Part shown: positions 7,389 through 17,218 of the stretch, one piece after another
Position numbering within the stretch: the first letter of the stretch is position 1
Layout: every line of letters begins with the position of its first letter
IMG/VR virus record: IMGVR_UViG_3300027969_000136
Coordinates: 1 to 52,384 of that record
Strand: one strand, 5' to 3'
Length of the DNA stretch: 52,384 nucleotides
DNA from: a virus
Taxonomy: Duplodnaviria > Caudoviricetes
The notes under the pieces: model-generated
Database searches by the model: none
What the model saw: the letters and a program-made list of their open reading frames with translations, nothing else
What the model was told of the DNA's origin: nothing
Translations under genes and position numbers: made by a program

Positions 7389-8919
7389 CGCTTTTACAAC
7401 ACTCAGTAAGCTTGAGCTTGAGGCCATGGAGAAGGCGTTGCCGTACATGAACGTGCAAGAAAAGATGGAACTCTTTGAAGACTTGGAGCTTCGTGAGAAA
7501 CGCGCCAGCTTGAAAGCGGCAGGAACCAACATGCTGGGGTTTGCCAAGGCGGTCTACCCCGGATTCAAAGTCGGCCCTCACCATAAAAAACTAGCAAAAA
7601 TCTTCACCGATGTCGTAGAAGGCCGCAAAAAAAGGGTCATCATCAACATCGCGCCGCGTATGGGTAAGTCTGAGTTCTCGTCTTATTTGTTCCCCGCATA
7701 CTTCCTAGGTAAATACCCTGAGAAGAAAATCATCATGGGCACGCACACTGCAGGTCTGTCTGAGGACTTTGGCAGGCGGATCAGAAACTTGATTGACACC
7801 GAGGAGTACCGTGAAGTCTTCCCTCAAACAATGGTGGCGGATGACCAGAAGGCTGCTGGAAAATGGTCTACTAGTGCTGGTGGTCAGTACTATGCTGCTG
7901 GTGTCGGAGGAGCTCTTGCCGGTCGTGGTGCCGATTTGTTTGTTATTGACGATCCTCATTCTGAACAAGATGTGAAATCCAACAGCCGTTTAGCGTTTGA
8001 CACGGCATGGTCTTGGTTCCAAACGGGCCCGCTTCAGCGCTTGATGCCGGGTGGTGGGATCATCATCGTGATGACACGCTGGTCACTGCTTGACCTGACC
8101 GGACGCCTGATCGACTACCAGACCAAAAACCCCGAAGCTCTGCCTTGGGAGATTGTGGAGTTGCCCGCCATCCTGAACGATGGGGAGGAGGACGAGAAGT
8201 CCCTCTGGCCAGACCAGTGGTCGCTTGAAGCGCTCAAATCCACCAAGGCATCCATTGACCCACGGTACTGGAACGCACAGTACATGCAGCAGCCAACGGC
8301 TGAAAACTCGGCCATTGTGAGCCGTAAGATGTGGCGTATCTGGGAGGCAGACGAGCCGCCAACGTGTGAGTACATCATCCAGTCATGGGACACGGCGTTT
8401 GAGACCAAGACCAACTCCGACTATTCCGCGTGTACAACGTGGGGTATCTTCTACAACGAGGAAGAAAATGACTCGCCCCAACTTATCTTGCTCGACGCTT
8501 TTAAAGACCGGATGGCTTTTCCAGAACTTAAGACCGTTGCGCTTAAGCACTACAAGGAGTGGGAACCCGACGCGTTCATTGTGGAGAAAAAGGCGGCTGG
8601 CGCACCACTGATCCAAGAACTTCGGGCGATGGGCATACCTGTGCAGGAGTTCAGCCCAAGCCGTGGCAACGACAAGACTGTGCGGGTCAACGCAGTTGCG
8701 GATTTGTTCAGCAGTGGTAAAGTCTGGGCACCCGACACACGCTGGGCACGGGAAGTGATTGAAGAGATGGCCGCGTTCCCAGTTGGGGAGCACGACGACT
8801 ACGTGGATACAACAACACAGGCGCTGCTACGCTTTAGGCAAGGCGGCTTTATCAGTTTGGACACGGACGAGAAAGATGACTCGGAAATCTTTCGCCGTAA
8901 GACGCACGCATACTACTAG
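7378..8919 (+). CDS. terL: terminase large subunit
   Basis: Walker A APRMGKS, Walker B FVIDDPH, VMTRW motif, nuclease SWDTA and HDDYVD. Confidence 0.95.
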   Translation: MKRDAFTTLSKLELEAMEKALPYMNVQEKMELFEDLELREKRASLKAAGTNMLGFAKAVYPGFKVGPHHKKLAKIFTDVVEGRKKRVIINIAPRMGKSEFSSYLFPAYFLGKYPEKKIIMGTHTAGLSEDFGRRIRNLIDTEEYREVFPQTMVADDQKAAGKWSTSAGGQYYAAGVGGALAGRGADLFVIDDPHSEQDVKSNSRLAFDTAWSWFQTGPLQRLMPGGGIIIVMTRWSLLDLTGRLIDYQTKNPEALPWEIVELPAILNDGEEDEKSLWPDQWSLEALKSTKASIDPRYWNAQYMQQPTAENSAIVSRKMWRIWEADEPPTCEYIIQSWDTAFETKTNSDYSACTTWGIFYNEEENDSPQLILLDAFKDRMAFPELKTVALKHYKEWEPDAFIVEKKAAGAPLIQELRAMGIPVQEFSPSRGNDKTVRVNAVADLFSSGKVWAPDTRWAREVIEEMAAFPVGEHDDYVDTTTQALLRFRQGGFISLDTDEKDDSEIFRRKTHAYY

Positions 8920-8927
8920 GATTAAAC

Positions 8928-11432
8928 ATGGCAACGAACATCGACAAAGCGCTGTACCAACAACCACTGGGCATCGACGCGCTTGGAGAGCAAGAGTCCC
9001 CCCTTGAGATCGAGATTGTTGATCCCGAAGAAGTCACCATTGGCATGGACGGGTTGGAGATCACCATTGGCAAGGAAGACCCAGAGGAAGAAGGCTTCAG
9101 TGATAACTTGGCCGAGTACATAGACGATGGTGCCTTGCAGTCGCTTGCTGGTGACTTGGTGTCTGACATTGACAACGACAAAGCCTCACGCAAAGAGTGG
9201 GAGAAGACTTACGTTGATGGTCTGAAACTCTTGGGCCTCCAGATCGAGGAGAGAACAGAGCCATGGCAGGGTGCTTGCGGTGTGTTTCACCCCATGATTA
9301 CAGAAGCCGTGGTGCGCTTTCAGTCCGAGACAATCACTGAGACGTTCCCAGCCCAAGGGCCTGTGCGTTCCAAAATTCTGGGTAAAGAAACGCCAGAGAC
9401 AAAAGAGATTGCAAGCAACATCGAAGAGGACATGAACCACGAGTTGACAGACGTCATGACGGAGTACCGCTCCGAACATGAGCGCATGCTCTGGTCACTG
9501 CCAGCCACAGGCTCAGCGTTCAAGAAGGTCTACTACGACCCCAATTTGGGACGTCAGGTGTCGATGTTTGTGCCAGCAGAAGACATGATCTTGCCCTACG
9601 GCGCAACCGATTTGGATACTTGCCACCGCGTCACGCACGTCATGCGCAAGACCAAGAACGAGGTCATCAAGCTTCAGCAAGCCGGGTTCTACCTAGACAT
9701 TGAGTTGCCCGATGCGCCCAAAGACCGCACTGATATTCAGAAAGCCAAGGACAAAGAGACCGGCTTTAACGACCTGAACGATGACCGCTACACCATCTAT
9801 GAGTGCCACGTTGACTTGAACCTTGACGGTTACGAGGACATGGTTGAGGGAGATGACGGCGAGGAAGAAGAGACCGGCATCATGCTGCCGTACGTTGTCA
9901 CCATCATCAAAGGCTCAAACGACATCCTGTCAATCAGAAGAAACTGGAGTGAAGACGATGACCTCAGACTTAAGCGCCAACACTTTGTCCACTACCAATA
10001 CATCCCCGGCTTTGGAGCGTATGGTTTTGGACTCTTCCACCTTATCGGTGGTTTTGCCAAGTCAGCCACTAGCCTTATGCGTCAACTTGTCGACGCAGGA
10101 ACGTTATCTAACCTTCCCGGTGGACTCAAGTCAAGGGGACTGCGTATTAAAGGCGATGACACGCCTATCGCCCCCGGTGAGTGGAGAGACGTCGATGTAG
10201 CCTCTGGCAACATCAGGGACAGCATCCTGCCTTTGCCCTATAAGGAGCCAAGCGCCACGCTGTTCAATTTGATGCAGACCATCGTGGATGAAGGCCGCCG
10301 GTTTGCCGCAACTGCCGACATGAAGGTGTCTGACATGAGCGCGAATGCGCCCGTGGGCACAACGCTGGCTTTGTTGGAGCGTCAGTTGAAGGTGATGACT
10401 GCGGTGCAGGCTCGTGTGCACTTTGCATTGAAGCAAGAGTTCAAGCTCTTGAAGAACATCATCCGCGACTACACCGACCCAGACTACACATACACCCCTG
10501 AGTACGGTTCACGTAAAGCGAAGAAGGCTGACTACGACTTGGTGGATATCATCCCCGTGTCAGATCCCAATGCGGCCACCATGAGCCAGCGAGTGATCCA
10601 GTACCAAGCTGTGATCCAGATGGCGCAGATGGCTCCGGACATCTACAACTTACCCGAACTCCACCGCGGTATGTTGAACGTCTTGGGTATCAAGAACGCT
10701 GAGAAGCTTGTGCCGATAGCAGATGACATGAAGCCGATTGACCCTGTGCAGGAGAACCAGAACGCACTCAAGGGCACACCGCTCAAAGCGTTCCTGCATC
10801 AAGACCACCAGTCACACATCCAAGTGCACATGATGCTGCTCCAAGACCCGATGATTCAGCAGTTCATTGGCCAGAACCCGCAGGCCCCCAAGATCATGGG
10901 CGCAATCACTGCGCACATTGCAGAGCACGTTGGCTACCAGATGCGTCAGAAGATCGAGCAACAACTCGGTATGCCCTTGCCTCCCGAAGACGAGAAGTTG
11001 CCACCGCAGATTGAGATTGCCTTGTCGGGCATGATGGCTCAAGCGGCTCAGCAGGTTCTCATGCAGGATCAAGCCAAGGCCGCGCAGATGCAAGCACAGC
11101 AGCAACAGCAAGACCCGCTTATCCAGATGCAGATGCAAGAGTTGCAGTTGCGTGGCCAAGAATTGGAACTCAAGAAACAGAAGATCATGATGGATGCTGC
11201 CGCCACCGCGGATAAACAGCAGTTGGAAGAACAAAAGGTCAGTGGTCGTTTGGAACTCGACGCCCTCAAAGTGGGTGCACAAATCAAAGAGTCCCAAGCC
11301 AAGACCCAGTTTGAACAAGAACGTGCCGGTGTCCAGATGGGCGCTGACATCGCAAAGAGTAAAGCCCAGATGGATTTACAAGCGCGTACTACTGCGCTCC
11401 AAAATAGTAGCAAACAAGGTTCTAGAAAATGA
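8928..11432 (+). CDS. portal protein (P22-like, long Gln-rich C-terminal coil)
   Basis: Follows TerL; 834 aa; HPMITEAVVRFQ, GSAFKKVYYD and YGFGL motifs. Confidence 0.88.
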   Translation: MATNIDKALYQQPLGIDALGEQESPLEIEIVDPEEVTIGMDGLEITIGKEDPEEEGFSDNLAEYIDDGALQSLAGDLVSDIDNDKASRKEWEKTYVDGLKLLGLQIEERTEPWQGACGVFHPMITEAVVRFQSETITETFPAQGPVRSKILGKETPETKEIASNIEEDMNHELTDVMTEYRSEHERMLWSLPATGSAFKKVYYDPNLGRQVSMFVPAEDMILPYGATDLDTCHRVTHVMRKTKNEVIKLQQAGFYLDIELPDAPKDRTDIQKAKDKETGFNDLNDDRYTIYECHVDLNLDGYEDMVEGDDGEEEETGIMLPYVVTIIKGSNDILSIRRNWSEDDDLRLKRQHFVHYQYIPGFGAYGFGLFHLIGGFAKSATSLMRQLVDAGTLSNLPGGLKSRGLRIKGDDTPIAPGEWRDVDVASGNIRDSILPLPYKEPSATLFNLMQTIVDEGRRFAATADMKVSDMSANAPVGTTLALLERQLKVMTAVQARVHFALKQEFKLLKNIIRDYTDPDYTYTPEYGSRKAKKADYDLVDIIPVSDPNAATMSQRVIQYQAVIQMAQMAPDIYNLPELHRGMLNVLGIKNAEKLVPIADDMKPIDPVQENQNALKGTPLKAFLHQDHQSHIQVHMMLLQDPMIQQFIGQNPQAPKIMGAITAHIAEHVGYQMRQKIEQQLGMPLPPEDEKLPPQIEIALSGMMAQAAQQVLMQDQAKAAQMQAQQQQQDPLIQMQMQELQLRGQELELKKQKIMMDAAATADKQQLEEQKVSGRLELDALKVGAQIKESQAKTQFEQERAGVQMGADIAKSKAQMDLQARTTALQNSSKQGSRK

Positions 11433-11629
11433 TTCAAGAATTCGCACGCGTTTTGCGCGACAAAATACGCACCGACATGAACAATTACGCCGATGACATC
11501 GCGGGTGGTTCGTGCCGCACTTACGAAGAATATCAAAAACTCTGCGGGATTATTTCGGGTCTAGCCCTTGCAGAGCGTTATCTCCTTGACCTGCAGCAGA
11601 AAGTAGAAGAATCCCATGATCGAAACTGA
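11429..11629 (+). CDS. hypothetical protein, 66 aa
   Basis: ATGA overlap with the portal gene; YEEYQKLCGIISGL pattern seen after portal genes. Confidence 0.8.
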   Translation: MIQEFARVLRDKIRTDMNNYADDIAGGSCRTYEEYQKLCGIISGLALAERYLLDLQQKVEESHDRN

Positions 11630-12062
11630 ATCAGGATTGATTTTGCCCCCCGGTATTTCGTTGCCGCCACACATCCAGCCAGTCGAACAGCCTGATGAAG
11701 ATGATGATAACGATACAAAAGCAGGTGCACTGCCCAGCCCCACAGGTTGGAAATTGCTCTGTGTAGTCCCTGAAGTCGAACAAAAGATTGCAGGAACATC
11801 ACTGGATCTCGTGAGAGATACAGCCACTATGCGTCAGGAAGAACATGCCACCACGGTACTGTTTGTATTGCGCGTAGGCCCCGATGCGTACAAAGACACC
11901 GCCAAGTTCCCCAACGGAGCATGGTGTAAAGAGGGCGACTTCGTGTTAGTACGTACTTACTCCGGTACCCGATTTAAGATTTTCGGCAAAGAGTTCCGTC
12001 TCATCAACGATGACCAAGTTGATGCTGTTGTGCTAGACCCTCGCGGCCTGACCCGCGCTTGA
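11616..12062 (+). CDS. groES: co-chaperonin GroES (Cpn10)-like protein
   Basis: PTGWKLL, VLRVGPDAY, CKEGDFV, YSGTRFKI.GKEFRLINDDQVDAVV match the Cpn10 pattern. Confidence 0.88.
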   Translation: MIETESGLILPPGISLPPHIQPVEQPDEDDDNDTKAGALPSPTGWKLLCVVPEVEQKIAGTSLDLVRDTATMRQEEHATTVLFVLRVGPDAYKDTAKFPNGAWCKEGDFVLVRTYSGTRFKIFGKEFRLINDDQVDAVVLDPRGLTRA

Positions 12063-12072
12063 AAGGAAGAAT

Positions 12073-13035
12073 ATGGCTATAAAAGATGAGTTTAAGTTCC
12101 CCGACGAAATCGAAGACAAGAAGACTGCTGAAGTCGAATTTGAAATCGAAGGCGAAGGCGAAGGTGACGTAGAGATAGAAATCGAAGACGACACGCCCGA
12201 GCGTGACAGGGGCCGCAAGCCCCTAGACCGTGAAGTGCTTGATCCGACCGACGAAGAAATCGAGTCTTACTCTGACAAAGTCAAAGGACGCATTAAAGAA
12301 TTGACCCACGCCCGCCATGACGAGCGCCGTGTCAAAGAAGCCACGATGCGTGAGAAGCAAGAGCTTGAGCGTCTAGCACAGCAGTTGATTGAAGAAAACA
12401 AACGCCTCAAACAAAACGTTTACACAGGGCAAGAAGCCATCATTGAAGGCGCTAAAGGTAAAGCTGACTTTGAGTTGAAAGAAGCCCGAGCCAAACTTAA
12501 AGCCGCGCAAGACGCATACGACAGTGATGCAATCGTTGCAGCCCTTGAGGAAGTCACGGATGCAAAGATTCGCGCAGAACAAGTAAAAAATTATCGTCCT
12601 ACCCCTTTACAGGAAGAGAACTTTAATGTACAAACACAACAAGCCCAACCTTCAAAGGCTGAACCGGACGAAAAAACTCTGCGCTGGCAGGCAAAAAACC
12701 AGTGGTTCGGACAGCAAGGGTTTGAGGAGTACACCAGCTACGCACTAGGGCTGCACCAAAAACTAGTCACAAACGGAGTGGATCCCCGCTCTGCTGAATA
12801 CTTCGAGCAAATTGATGCTCGCATGAAGTCATCGTTTCCTGATTTATTTGGGCAAACAAATGACAAGCCAAGGTCTGGTGAGGTTCAAAAGAAGCCTACG
12901 ACAGTGGTGGCCTCTGTGTCTCGTTCTACGAGCGCAGGAAAAATTAAGCTAACTCAAACGCAAGTAGCGTTAGCGAAAAAATTTGGTTTAACCCCGCAGC
13001 AATATGCTGCTCAAGTAGCGAAACTGGAGAACTGA
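12073..13035 (+). CDS. putative head scaffolding protein
   Basis: Acidic N-terminus, coiled coil, C-terminal LTQTQVALAKKFGLTPQQYA; lies between portal and capsid genes. Confidence 0.7.
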   Translation: MAIKDEFKFPDEIEDKKTAEVEFEIEGEGEGDVEIEIEDDTPERDRGRKPLDREVLDPTDEEIESYSDKVKGRIKELTHARHDERRVKEATMREKQELERLAQQLIEENKRLKQNVYTGQEAIIEGAKGKADFELKEARAKLKAAQDAYDSDAIVAALEEVTDAKIRAEQVKNYRPTPLQEENFNVQTQQAQPSKAEPDEKTLRWQAKNQWFGQQGFEEYTSYALGLHQKLVTNGVDPRSAEYFEQIDARMKSSFPDLFGQTNDKPRSGEVQKKPTTVVASVSRSTSAGKIKLTQTQVALAKKFGLTPQQYAAQVAKLEN

Positions 13036-13036
13036 A

Positions 13037-13495
13037 ATGGCTGAAACAATTGACCGCTCAAATCGTGACATGAAGTCACGCGAAAAATCTGTCCGTGCTG
13101 TATACGTACCGCCGACAAACTTGCCTGATCCAACGCCTGAACCGGGCTATGTGTATCGCTGGGTAGCGACGCATGTTCTGGGACAAGCGGAAGTAACCAA
13201 CGTGTCGCGCAAAATGCGTGAAGGTTGGGTGCCGGTGAAGGCAGAAGACCATCCGGAATTGATGATGATGGGCAACGAAAAGACTGGGAACGTGGAAATT
13301 GGTGGCCTCATGCTTTGCAAGATGTCTGCCGAGAAAGCTAAAGCCCGGGATGAGTACTATGACCAGCAAGCTCAAAACCAGATGGATTCAGTTGACAATA
13401 GCTTCATGCGACAAAATGATCCCCGCATGCCGTTGTTTGCCGACCGCAAGTCGTCATCTACGCGTGGTGGTGGGTTTGGTTCTGGTTCTAAATAA
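13037..13495 (+). CDS. conserved hypothetical head-module protein
   Basis: PEPGYVYRWV, REGWVPV and GGLMLCK motifs; SD present. Confidence 0.75.
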   Translation: MAETIDRSNRDMKSREKSVRAVYVPPTNLPDPTPEPGYVYRWVATHVLGQAEVTNVSRKMREGWVPVKAEDHPELMMMGNEKTGNVEIGGLMLCKMSAEKAKARDEYYDQQAQNQMDSVDNSFMRQNDPRMPLFADRKSSSTRGGGFGSGSK

Positions 13496-13510
13496 CTTAG
13501 GAGTCCTTAA

Positions 13511-14155
13511 ATGGCATCTACCGCTTCTCCCTACGGCTTCCGTGCCGTAAACGAGTTGAATGGTCTACCGTACGCCGGTGCCACTCGCTCGTTCCCAATC
13601 GACCCTGCCGGTTACGCCGCCAACATCTTCAATGGATCGTTGGTCTACGTTGCTGCAACAGGTTATTTACAAATCGTCACATCTACCGGTGCTGATGCAA
13701 CTACTAACGCTTTCCCAACAGGTAGCGGCGGTGGTGCTTTGGCTACAGGTGCAGTTGGCGTTTTTGTTGGTTGCACATACACCAACGCTCAAGGTCAAAT
13801 CATCTATTCTCAGTATTACCCTGCCAACACAGCTTCTGTGCAAGGCTCGACTATTACTGCGTATGTTGTTGATGACGACCGCGCTGTGTTTGCTGTGCAA
13901 GCTAACAACACTGTCACTTTTGCCGCGTTGGGTCAAAACGTGTTCTTGTCTGCTGTGCAAAGCACAAGCACAGGTTCAACAACTACTGGTAACTCTACAA
14001 CGGCTGTCTCTGCTTCTAGCACTGCGGCTACTGCGGCGTTCCGTATTGTTGGCTTTGTGAACAATGCACAGTCACAAGTTGGCGACGCTTATACTGATTT
14101 GCTGGTGAAGTTTAACCCCGGCTACCACTCATACACCGTTGCAATCGGTCTATAA
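13511..14155 (+). CDS. putative capsid decoration or minor head protein
   Basis: Ala/Thr/Gly-rich beta-type protein directly upstream of the MCP; PYGFR and GVFVGC motifs. Confidence 0.65.
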   Translation: MASTASPYGFRAVNELNGLPYAGATRSFPIDPAGYAANIFNGSLVYVAATGYLQIVTSTGADATTNAFPTGSGGGALATGAVGVFVGCTYTNAQGQIIYSQYYPANTASVQGSTITAYVVDDDRAVFAVQANNTVTFAALGQNVFLSAVQSTSTGSTTTGNSTTAVSASSTAATAAFRIVGFVNNAQSQVGDAYTDLLVKFNPGYHSYTVAIGL

Positions 14156-14168
14156 GGAGTAATTCACC

Positions 14169-15098
14169 ATGGCAATTTCACGCGCACAACTACTTAAAGA
14201 GTTGCTCCCCGGTCTGAACGCTTTGTTCGGTATGGAATACGCTCGCTACGGCGAAGAGCACAAAGAAATCTACGAAACAGAGAAATCTGAGCGTAGCTTT
14301 GAAGAAGAGACAAAGCTGGCTGGCTTTGCTTCTGCTCCCGTCAAGAACGAGGGTTCAGCCATTGCGTATGACAACGCACAGGAAGCCTTCACAGCACGTT
14401 ACAACCACGAGACTATCGCCCTTGGCTTCTCCATCACGGAAGAAGCTGTGGAAGATAACTTGTACGACAGCTTGTCTGCTCGTTACACAAAGTCTTTGGC
14501 CCGTGCTATGGCTTACACCAAGCAAGTTAAAGCCGCCTCCGTTATCAACAACGGTTTCAACGGTGCATACTTGGGCGGTGACGGCGTCACTTTGTTCGGT
14601 AACAACAGTTCTAGCGTTCGCGTTGGTCACCCCCTCGTAAGCGGTGGTGTGAACTACAACAGCCCAACAGTTGGTGTTGACTTGAACGAAACATCTTTGG
14701 AAAACGCCGTGATTCAAATCGCAGCGTGGGTGGACGAGCGTGGTCTGTTGATCGCCGCTAAGCCCCGTAAGATGGTTGTTCCCCCAGCACTGATGTTCGT
14801 TGCTAAGCGTTTGCTTGACACCGAACTGCGTGTTGCTACTGCTGATAACGACATCAACGCGTTGAAGCAGATGGGTGCAATCCCTGAAGGTTATACTGTT
14901 AACCACTTCTTGACCGACAGCAACGGCTGGTATTTGATTACCGATGTTCCTAACGGCATGAAGCACTTCGAGCGTATCGCCTTGCAAAACAGCATGGACG
15001 GTGACTTCGATACAGGTAACGTTCGTTACAAGGCCCGTGAGCGTTATAGCTTCGGCTGGTCTGATCCTCTCGGTATGTGGGGTTCAGCAGGCGCTTAA
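14169..15098 (+). CDS. major capsid protein (Mu gpT-like family)
   Basis: MAISRAQLLKELLPGLNALFG N-terminus and DFDTGNVRYKARERYSFGWSD C-terminus; strong SD; followed by a terminator. Confidence 0.92.
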   Translation: MAISRAQLLKELLPGLNALFGMEYARYGEEHKEIYETEKSERSFEEETKLAGFASAPVKNEGSAIAYDNAQEAFTARYNHETIALGFSITEEAVEDNLYDSLSARYTKSLARAMAYTKQVKAASVINNGFNGAYLGGDGVTLFGNNSSSVRVGHPLVSGGVNYNSPTVGVDLNETSLENAVIQIAAWVDERGLLIAAKPRKMVVPPALMFVAKRLLDTELRVATADNDINALKQMGAIPEGYTVNHFLTDSNGWYLITDVPNGMKHFERIALQNSMDGDFDTGNVRYKARERYSFGWSDPLGMWGSAGA

Positions 15099-15107
15099 TG
15101 CGTTTGT

Positions 15108-15140
15108 GAAAAAGGGGGGCTTGTGCCCCCTTTTCTTTTG
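15108..15140 (+). terminator. Rho-independent terminator after the capsid gene
   Basis: AAAAGGGGGGC-TTGT-GCCCCCTTTTCTTTT. Confidence 0.8.
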
Positions 15141-15149
15141 TTGTATATT
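15121..15149 (+). promoter_or_regulatory. putative sigma70 promoter TTGTGC-N17-TATATT overlapping the terminator
   Basis: Hexamers with 17-nt spacing just upstream of the structured leader. Confidence 0.45.
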
Positions 15150-15155
15150 GCAATC

Positions 15156-15230
15156 ACTCCGGGGTTATCCGGTGTTCTGACAGTCCCGGCTGACGACATG
15201 CAGACAGAACACCATCACTTGCATGTAAGG
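15156..15230 (+). ncRNA. structured pseudoknot RNA element, likely the Mu-gpT-DE motif
   Basis: Stem GGTGTTCTG(15171-79)/CAGAACACC(15205-13), inner hairpin CAGTcccgGCTG, pseudoknot ACATGCA(15196-202)/TGCATGT(15220-26); lies downstream of a gpT-like capsid gene. Confidence 0.65.
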
Positions 15231-15237
15231 AAAAATC

Positions 15238-15834
15238 ATGGCACGCACAAGTTTTACAGGCCCAGTCTATTCGGCTAACGGCTTTCTCTCCGGCTCTTCT
15301 ACAGACCCCGTCGCGGTTACCACAGCCACCAATATTGACGCAGCTTACGCTACGACTTCCGCCACTACTGGCGATACACGCCTGAACTACAGCAAATTAA
15401 CCTTTACCTCTACAGGTTCAGGCGAAACTCTCCGCGCTTTCTCTGTCGTAACAGGCACAGGCGCAGGCGCTGCTGGCACAATTAACGGTGCACACATCTC
15501 TACTGAGATCAACACCCCCGGCACAATTTCTGGCGCGGCTAATGCCCTCCGCGCTACTTTGGGCGGTACTTCTACATCTCCCGGCGGCACTTTGGCAGCT
15601 ATCCAGTTGGATACCAACTTTGCATCTGGCGTTACTCTGCCCGGTTCTTCTTCGTTTATTCGTGTAAGCGACAGCGGCGCTGGTACAGGTAAGGTTGCAG
15701 CTTTGTTTAACATTGAGTCTGGCCCAGCCGCTACGATTGTTAGTACTGGTACGGTTGGTGGTACAGCAAAAGCTATCAAAATTTTGATTGCTGGCGTTGC
15801 CCACTACATCACAATCGGTACAACAGTTACCTGA
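15238..15834 (+). CDS. putative virion structural protein (MARTSFTGPV...)
   Basis: Thr/Gly/Ala-rich; SD AAGGA; lies in the structural module. Confidence 0.75.
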   Translation: MARTSFTGPVYSANGFLSGSSTDPVAVTTATNIDAAYATTSATTGDTRLNYSKLTFTSTGSGETLRAFSVVTGTGAGAAGTINGAHISTEINTPGTISGAANALRATLGGTSTSPGGTLAAIQLDTNFASGVTLPGSSSFIRVSDSGAGTGKVAALFNIESGPAATIVSTGTVGGTAKAIKILIAGVAHYITIGTTVT

Positions 15835-15835
15835 T

Positions 15836-16006
15836 ATGCAGATCACCAAGGAATTCTTGGAGTCTGAGATTCGTGACCTTGAGACTGAAGCGCAGAAGGC
15901 CCAAAACTTTCTAATGCAAGCTCAAGGCACGATTCAAGCGTACAAGATGTTGATTAACAGGTTAGACGCACCAGAACCGGAGCAACAAAATGACGATGCA
16001 ATATGA
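15836..16006 (+). CDS. small coiled-coil protein, 56 aa (start MQITKEF)
   Basis: ATG 1 nt after the upstream stop. Confidence 0.7.
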   Translation: MQITKEFLESEIRDLETEAQKAQNFLMQAQGTIQAYKMLINRLDAPEPEQQNDDAI

Positions 16007-16475
16007 CGTAAAGTCGGCGCACAACACAGTATCCGGTGTTGCATACGCCAGCCGTACGCGTTTAAAAGGGGTGTTAATTTCCCCATCTACGTCTGTAACG
16101 TACAACACCACATTTTGTGATAACGTAAGTTTGTCAGGTACATACAATGTGCCCGGCAGTACTACTTGTACAGTGACAATTACCAATCACGGGTTGTCAA
16201 ACGGCGATAGAGTGTTTTTGGACTTTACCTCCGGTACCGCCCAAGACGAAGCATACACTGTGTCAAACGTATCAACAAATACTTTTACCGTGACTGTGGC
16301 ATCCGCTACTACGAGCGGTAATGTGACCATGTACGCCAAAATACTGGCTGAATTTGATTGTTCTAGCGGAACGGCTTTCTACACATTGATTCCCGGTGAA
16401 GGCATTTTGGCTCCCAATGGCATTTACGTTGGCATCCCCAACGCAGCTATTACCACCACTATTTTTTACGGGTGA
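15990..16475 (+). CDS. virion protein, paralog A, with inserted beta module (HGLSNGDRV)
   Basis: Shares MQYDVKS, RLKGV and PGEGI with the next gene. Confidence 0.8.
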   Translation: MTMQYDVKSAHNTVSGVAYASRTRLKGVLISPSTSVTYNTTFCDNVSLSGTYNVPGSTTCTVTITNHGLSNGDRVFLDFTSGTAQDEAYTVSNVSTNTFTVTVASATTSGNVTMYAKILAEFDCSSGTAFYTLIPGEGILAPNGIYVGIPNAAITTTIFYG

Positions 16476-16481
16476 TATGAA

Positions 16482-16970
16482 ATGGTAATGCAGTACGACG
16501 TCAAGTCATATCATGCCCAAGCGTCCGGGAATGCTATGACTTATGCTGTCCGCCTTAAAGGTGTAACGGTAACGACAGGTACTGTGTCTGCAAGGAACAT
16601 GGCAATTGCCGACCCCGCAGTTTCAAAGTCAGGCACTTGGAGCCGCACCGGAACAACCGTCACGGTTACGATAAATAACAATGGTTTAACGAACGGCCAG
16701 CGGGTGTTTTTAGATGTTGCTGCTGGAACCACAATGCGTGACGGCATGTATGAGGTGTCTAACGTTACAACCAACACGTTTACAGTTACTTCTGCTACAT
16801 CAGGAACCGCTTCTGGTACAGTAACCATGTACACAAACATTTATGTTGAGTTGGACACGTACAACACGATAGGACTTCCTGTGTATGTGCCCGGCGAAGG
16901 TATTTATTGTCCCAACGGTATTTTTGTTGGGCTTGGTTCAAGCGTAACAGCAACGGTACTTTATGGCTAA
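16482..16970 (+). CDS. virion protein, paralog B
   Basis: Full-length similarity to 15990..16475. Confidence 0.8.
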   Translation: MVMQYDVKSYHAQASGNAMTYAVRLKGVTVTTGTVSARNMAIADPAVSKSGTWSRTGTTVTVTINNNGLTNGQRVFLDVAAGTTMRDGMYEVSNVTTNTFTVTSATSGTASGTVTMYTNIYVELDTYNTIGLPVYVPGEGIYCPNGIFVGLGSSVTATVLYG

Positions 16971-17217
16971 ATCACCAGCATGGCAACGCAAAGAGGGGAA
17001 ATCCGAGAAGGGCGGCTTGAACGCCAAGGGACGGGCCTCGTACAACAAAGCCAATCCCGGGAAACCCGGATTGAAAGCTCCTCAACCAGAGGGCGGCAAA
17101 CGCCGCGACTCTTTTTGCGCCCGTATGGAAGGCATGAAGAAGAAGCTGACCGGAGAGAAGGCCAAGAAAGACCCGAACTCCCGCATAAACAAGAGCCTTC
17201 GGGCTTGGAACTGCTAA
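16963..17217 (+). CDS. small basic conserved phage protein (MAKSPAWQRKEGK...SFCARM)
   Basis: Recognisable Lys/Arg-rich phage protein; operon tiling. Confidence 0.8.
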   Translation: MAKSPAWQRKEGKSEKGGLNAKGRASYNKANPGKPGLKAPQPEGGKRRDSFCARMEGMKKKLTGEKAKKDPNSRINKSLRAWNC

Positions 17218-17218
17218 T

